This document shows, one piece after another, positions 60,214-64,000 of a stretch of 64,000 bases of DNA. Position 1 is the first letter of the stretch. Each line of letters starts with the position of its first letter. The translations under genes were made by a program, and so were the position numbers. Origin of the DNA: Lophium mytilinum (taxonomy: Eukaryota); NCBI GenBank assembly GCA_010093605.1, contig MU004181.1:1922001-1986000 (forward strand). Direction: 5' to 3'. The notes beneath the pieces were generated by a model. The model was not told the DNA's origin, did no database searches, and was given only the letters and a program-made list of their open reading frames with translations.

Positions 60214-62817
60214 TCACCAACCGCCTGGTGATGCTCGGCCCCGTCCCCTACCACGGCCGATTGAGCCACGGAGCGGACCGCCGTCCGAAGATAAGTTTCC
60301 TTGGTCATCTCCACTCGGAGGAGGTCCTCCTCTGCCACGCCCGAATCCACTACGATAATCAGGCTTCCTGGGTTCATTTTGAAGGGAGCTGTTACCGCCG
60401 CGACCACGGCTATAACCACCACGCGACAGCTCGCTGTTCCCACGACCACGACCGTATCCATTCCCGTGCTCGCCGCGGCCGCGATCACTCCAGCCGCCTC
60501 TTCCGCCGGCACCGCGTCCTGACAAGCCGCCGCGGTCGCCAGAGATGGTCGGCACGAGTAAGTGCGGGACAGAAGCTTCAGTCTTTTGCGGCGAGACAGA
60601 AGCATCAGCCTTTCGCTTTGCATCGTCGGGCTTTGCTCCACGACCAACAGGCACAGGCGCACCGCCGTCATCGCCCTCTTCCGCAGAGCTCCATCCTTCT
60701 TGATCTTCCCGAACCCTCTCTACAGCTGCGTTCTGAGCATCGACAACACGCTGCGCCTTATCCTGACCACGCTGTTCTGCAATAGCTTTGCCCCTCAGGC
60801 TCGCCTCTTTGACGGCGATCGCCATCATGCATTGCAGGGTGTAGCGAGCGTCGTTTCCCGCGTTGTGTAGATTCCACCCCGCGATGTCGAACTCGTAGAG
60901 AATCGTGCCAAGAGAGCGGGGATTAGCCTCGCGCTTCCACGCACGGTACATATCAGCGGTGTCGAGAATCTCGAGCATGTTTGGAAGGCTGAGAGGGTTG
61001 AAGCCTAGCTTTTGCAGGTATCTGACATCGTTGCCAGCGTCGTGGCCGAGGAAGATGAGGTTTCGCTTGTGTGCTGCATCGTCTGAGGCTGAAGCTGCTG
61101 GGTGATCGCTGGGCGCTGAGTATGGCGGTCGGAAGCACGACTCAATGATTTGAGCTGCGTCGGATAAGCTGATACGCTCCGAGTCGCCGAACTCGAAGGC
61201 ATTAACGCAACCAGTGACGAACTCAGTGTTGTGAAGGTGGCTGTGCTCGCGGATGATGAAATGGCGGTCGCGGATCTTGGATAGCCAGTTCTCGCCGTTG
61301 ATGCCTGGAGCAATACCCTCAAGGTCTAGGGTATCGAGGATTGAGATGCCAACCTCAGTAATCTTACTGTTGTCTCGCTCCCAGGCTTCGACGTCTACGC
61401 ATATGAAGATTACAGATGCATCGCACGGCCAAGGGCACAACTGCTCGGGGTCGTGAGCAGGGACGGTCAACACAGCTTTGCGATTAGCCTGTGCTTTCTG
61501 AAGCTCTTCCCAAGAAAGACTTGAGTCTTTCAACGGATCTTGAACTTCTTCTGATTAGCTCACACTATGGGTTCATTTACGCGGGCTCCACTTACTGTCT
61601 GGCCGCTTTGGGCGGAGGCCTAGATACCGCTGGGCTCTCTTGAGCTGCTTAGCCATGTTCTGCTGAGACATCTGCCTAGTCTTCTTTTGTTTCTCCCTCT
61701 TGGCTTTGTTCTTCCCCCTGGACAGCTCGACCATATCTTCTATCATTTCCTTGAAGGCCTCGAGTGTGCGTTCGTCCGGAGGAGGCGCGTGGCCTTCTCC
61801 CGGTGCCCGGTGCCTGTGGCCCGGTGGAGCAGCTGACATCTTGTCGAACTCCGCCTTGGAGCTGATACGGCCAAGATAGCGGGGAGTGAGTCGAGGGTGG
61901 TTGGGGAATCTAGCAGCTAGGCCTTGTTCGCGATCGGCGTCGGTGATTTTGGCGCCTATACGTGGGAACAAACGGTTGATGTGATCGAGCAGGGCTTGGA
62001 CCTGGTCTTCTGTGGTGAGAATGAGAGGCTTAGAACCGTCGGTTGGCCAGACGTAGTATCTGTGCAAGTGTACGGTTAGTATTTGCGGGTGCGTGCTAGG
62101 AGCTAGGTAATGGCGGTGAATCAATGGCACAGCCGGACGACTCTACGAGACGACGAAACGGTTGAGAGATGGTGACTTGCAAAGCAAACTGGCGCGTAGT
62201 ACGACAGCTTAGTGCTCATCAAGACGGCGGAGGACTGTGACTGGTGATTAAGGGCGAGTAACTTACAGGTCCCATCCACGTTCCCAGAATTTGCCCTCGT
62301 CAAAGACGGCAGAAGCAACTCTCTGAGATTCACGTCTCTCCACGAATAGGTAGGGGTACTTGCTGACAGCAAGAATCGGACTGTAGACTTGACTCGGAGA
62401 CGCGAGGGCGCCGCTGTCGAGGGTGCAACGCGGCAAGCTGGTGCTTGGTCCTTTAGGTGTGCCTTCTGTCTTCGTGTTATCCTTCAGTACGAGGGCGCCT
62501 GCCGTATTGGATGCAGCGCTAGGTTGTTCGGTGCCAGGGAGTCGTTTGGGGGGCTCAGACTCGAGCTTGTGGTCGGGGTGCTGAGAGAGCGGGACGGACG
62601 CTTGAAAGGACATATCCTTGACTGCGACCGCGTGACTTTCGTTACCGGTGATGCTGGGCACCTCCAGGTCAGTCGATGCTTTTAGTGCTTGCTCGGAGAG
62701 CAATTCTACACCGCCATCTGAATCATCGTCGGTCAGGCTGGCTGCGGGCAAGTCGGGGAGGGCTTCCATGTGGGCGTCCATAAGCGCCAGCCGATCTAGT
62801 CGAGATGCGAGAGCCAT
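60214..62817 (-). CDS. qip: QDE-2-interacting protein (QIP)-like DEDDh exonuclease (Gfd2/YDR514C family) with RGG-rich tail
   Basis: Three exons (ORFs 62263-62817, 61573-62130, 60214-61533). Motifs FICVDVEAWE..KITEVG, IFLGHD, ILDT and LHNAGNDARYT. N-terminal KYPY...FDEGKFW...WDL|YY region. Gly/Arg-rich C-terminus. Confidence 0.75.
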
Positions 62818-63661
62818 GGTGGAGGGTAGGGAGTGTAGTAGAAGTAAAGCGTTTGGCTCGGTTGAGGTGGAACAAGGTCGTTTGCTATCGCAGACACGTG
62901 ACCGGTCTCGGAAGCGGCGCCGCGGACGGGAAGATGCATAGAAGGGTGTCCGAGGTGTGAGAAGCTTGAAATTTTGAAAGGAGGGCTGTCTAACTAGGCT
63001 TTGCGGCTGGTGGCGAAAAAGCAGAGCGGGCAGGAGCGTCTCTCAAGCCTGCTCTATATATGGCTAACACCTCGGGGCGAAATGGGTGAATTGAATGCAC
63101 CGAGGACCCTTACACAGCGGCACATTTCTCAGACCATTTTATACATGGTCTTGACTTGAGCCTTTCAGACATACACTATCTTCACCGACTGAGAGGAAAT
63201 ATAAGGATTTAAAAGAGCAATGCCGGGTCATTGCTGGCTCTTCACTCACTTGGGTACTAGCTCACTCCAAGTCCTGTGACATAGCCTATAGGCTCAATTA
63301 GCCAGCTCTGCGCTATTGCTACTCACGCCGAGGTGCTTGTAGGAACTTTACCGCCAGTAGAGCATTCACCTGCAGGTGGACGTCGCGTCTTACCAGGTTT
63401 TGGAGGTCGTGAATGTTCGCCAAGCCCCCCGCGCCGAAGAAGTCCCGCTTAAAGCGTCCTCGCGTGTAACCACCACCGTCACACTCCCTGAGCTGCTTTG
63501 GCACCCACCACACAAGTAACGCCCTCCACTCCGCTGTCACCACCACCCTCATCTCTCCCATCGCCGCCCCCATTCTTCTCCCATCCGTCGTCGACGCGTG
63601 GCTGGCTTGTCTGACGCGCCCGTCCGGCAACGCTGCTTCACGCTCCCAAACAGCATGCCCA

Positions 63662-64000
63662 ATGGCTGAAGCGAGCATGGCGACCGCCCTCTCCGACATG
63701 ACGCCCCAGCCGCCCTCGAACCCGGACGCGCAAACTACCGTTAATGACTTCCTCGACTACACCGAGTTCTTCCCCTCGGACCTGTACCGCTCCATGAAAC
63801 TGATCGAGGATCTCGACCAGAAATATAAAGATGCTGCCCAGCAGGTCCACGAACTGACCCAGACATACGCCAACCTGCCCAAGACCCCCGAGAATGAGCG
63901 TGCAGATCCGCAGGAGCTGCGTCGGGAAATATCGGCTGCGCTCGAGAAGGCCCTCTTCTTCAGGGAATCGTCTCACGCCGAGGCCGCGCGCATCTGTGAA
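63662..64000 (+). CDS. ING-family (probable PHD finger) protein, 5' part only
   Basis: Open frame running off the window: MAEASMATALSDMTPQPPSNPDAQTTVNDFLDYTEFFPSDLYRSMKLIEDLDQKY..., resembling the ING N-terminal domain of fungal proteins. Confidence 0.7.
   Translation, partial: MAEASMATALSDMTPQPPSNPDAQTTVNDFLDYTEFFPSDLYRSMKLIEDLDQKYKDAAQQVHELTQTYANLPKTPENERADPQELRREISAALEKALFFRESSHAEAARICE

Noticed and set aside
55021..62817. Transposon, HET relic and QIP as a functional genome-defence island
   Set aside because: QIP lies among ordinary conserved genes, and nothing beyond adjacency links the three.

Overview
Filamentous ascomycete genomic DNA, judged from short GT-AG introns with CTRAC/CTAAC branch sites, a RIP signature and a HET domain. 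Positions ~150-38,500 form a dense gene cluster with no PKS, NRPS or terpene backbone enzyme and no housekeeping gene, so it looks catabolic or detoxifying; it may continue left of the window. Its 18 genes are three P450s, two type-B carboxylesterases, two beta-hydroxyacid dehydrogenases, an SDR, a CMD-family protein, an FAD aromatic monooxygenase, a metallo-beta-lactamase-fold hydrolase, an alpha/beta hydrolase, a divergent homogentisate dioxygenase, a maleylacetate reductase, an MFS transporter and three transcription factors. Two of the TFs are paralogous Adr1-type C2H2 proteins with the same recognition residues, and almost every cluster promoter carries CCCCRC boxes. Right of the cluster lie a foldback element enclosing an 11-bp minisatellite, Opy2, a DHA1 MFS pump, a thiol/halide methyltransferase, an OTU deubiquitinase, a WSC-peroxidase, a RIP-destroyed PIF/Harbinger transposon with intact TIRs and TSD, a HET pseudogene, a QIP-like exonuclease and the start of an ING-family gene. 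Exon boundaries were read by eye, and family calls rest on motif recognition rather than database searches.
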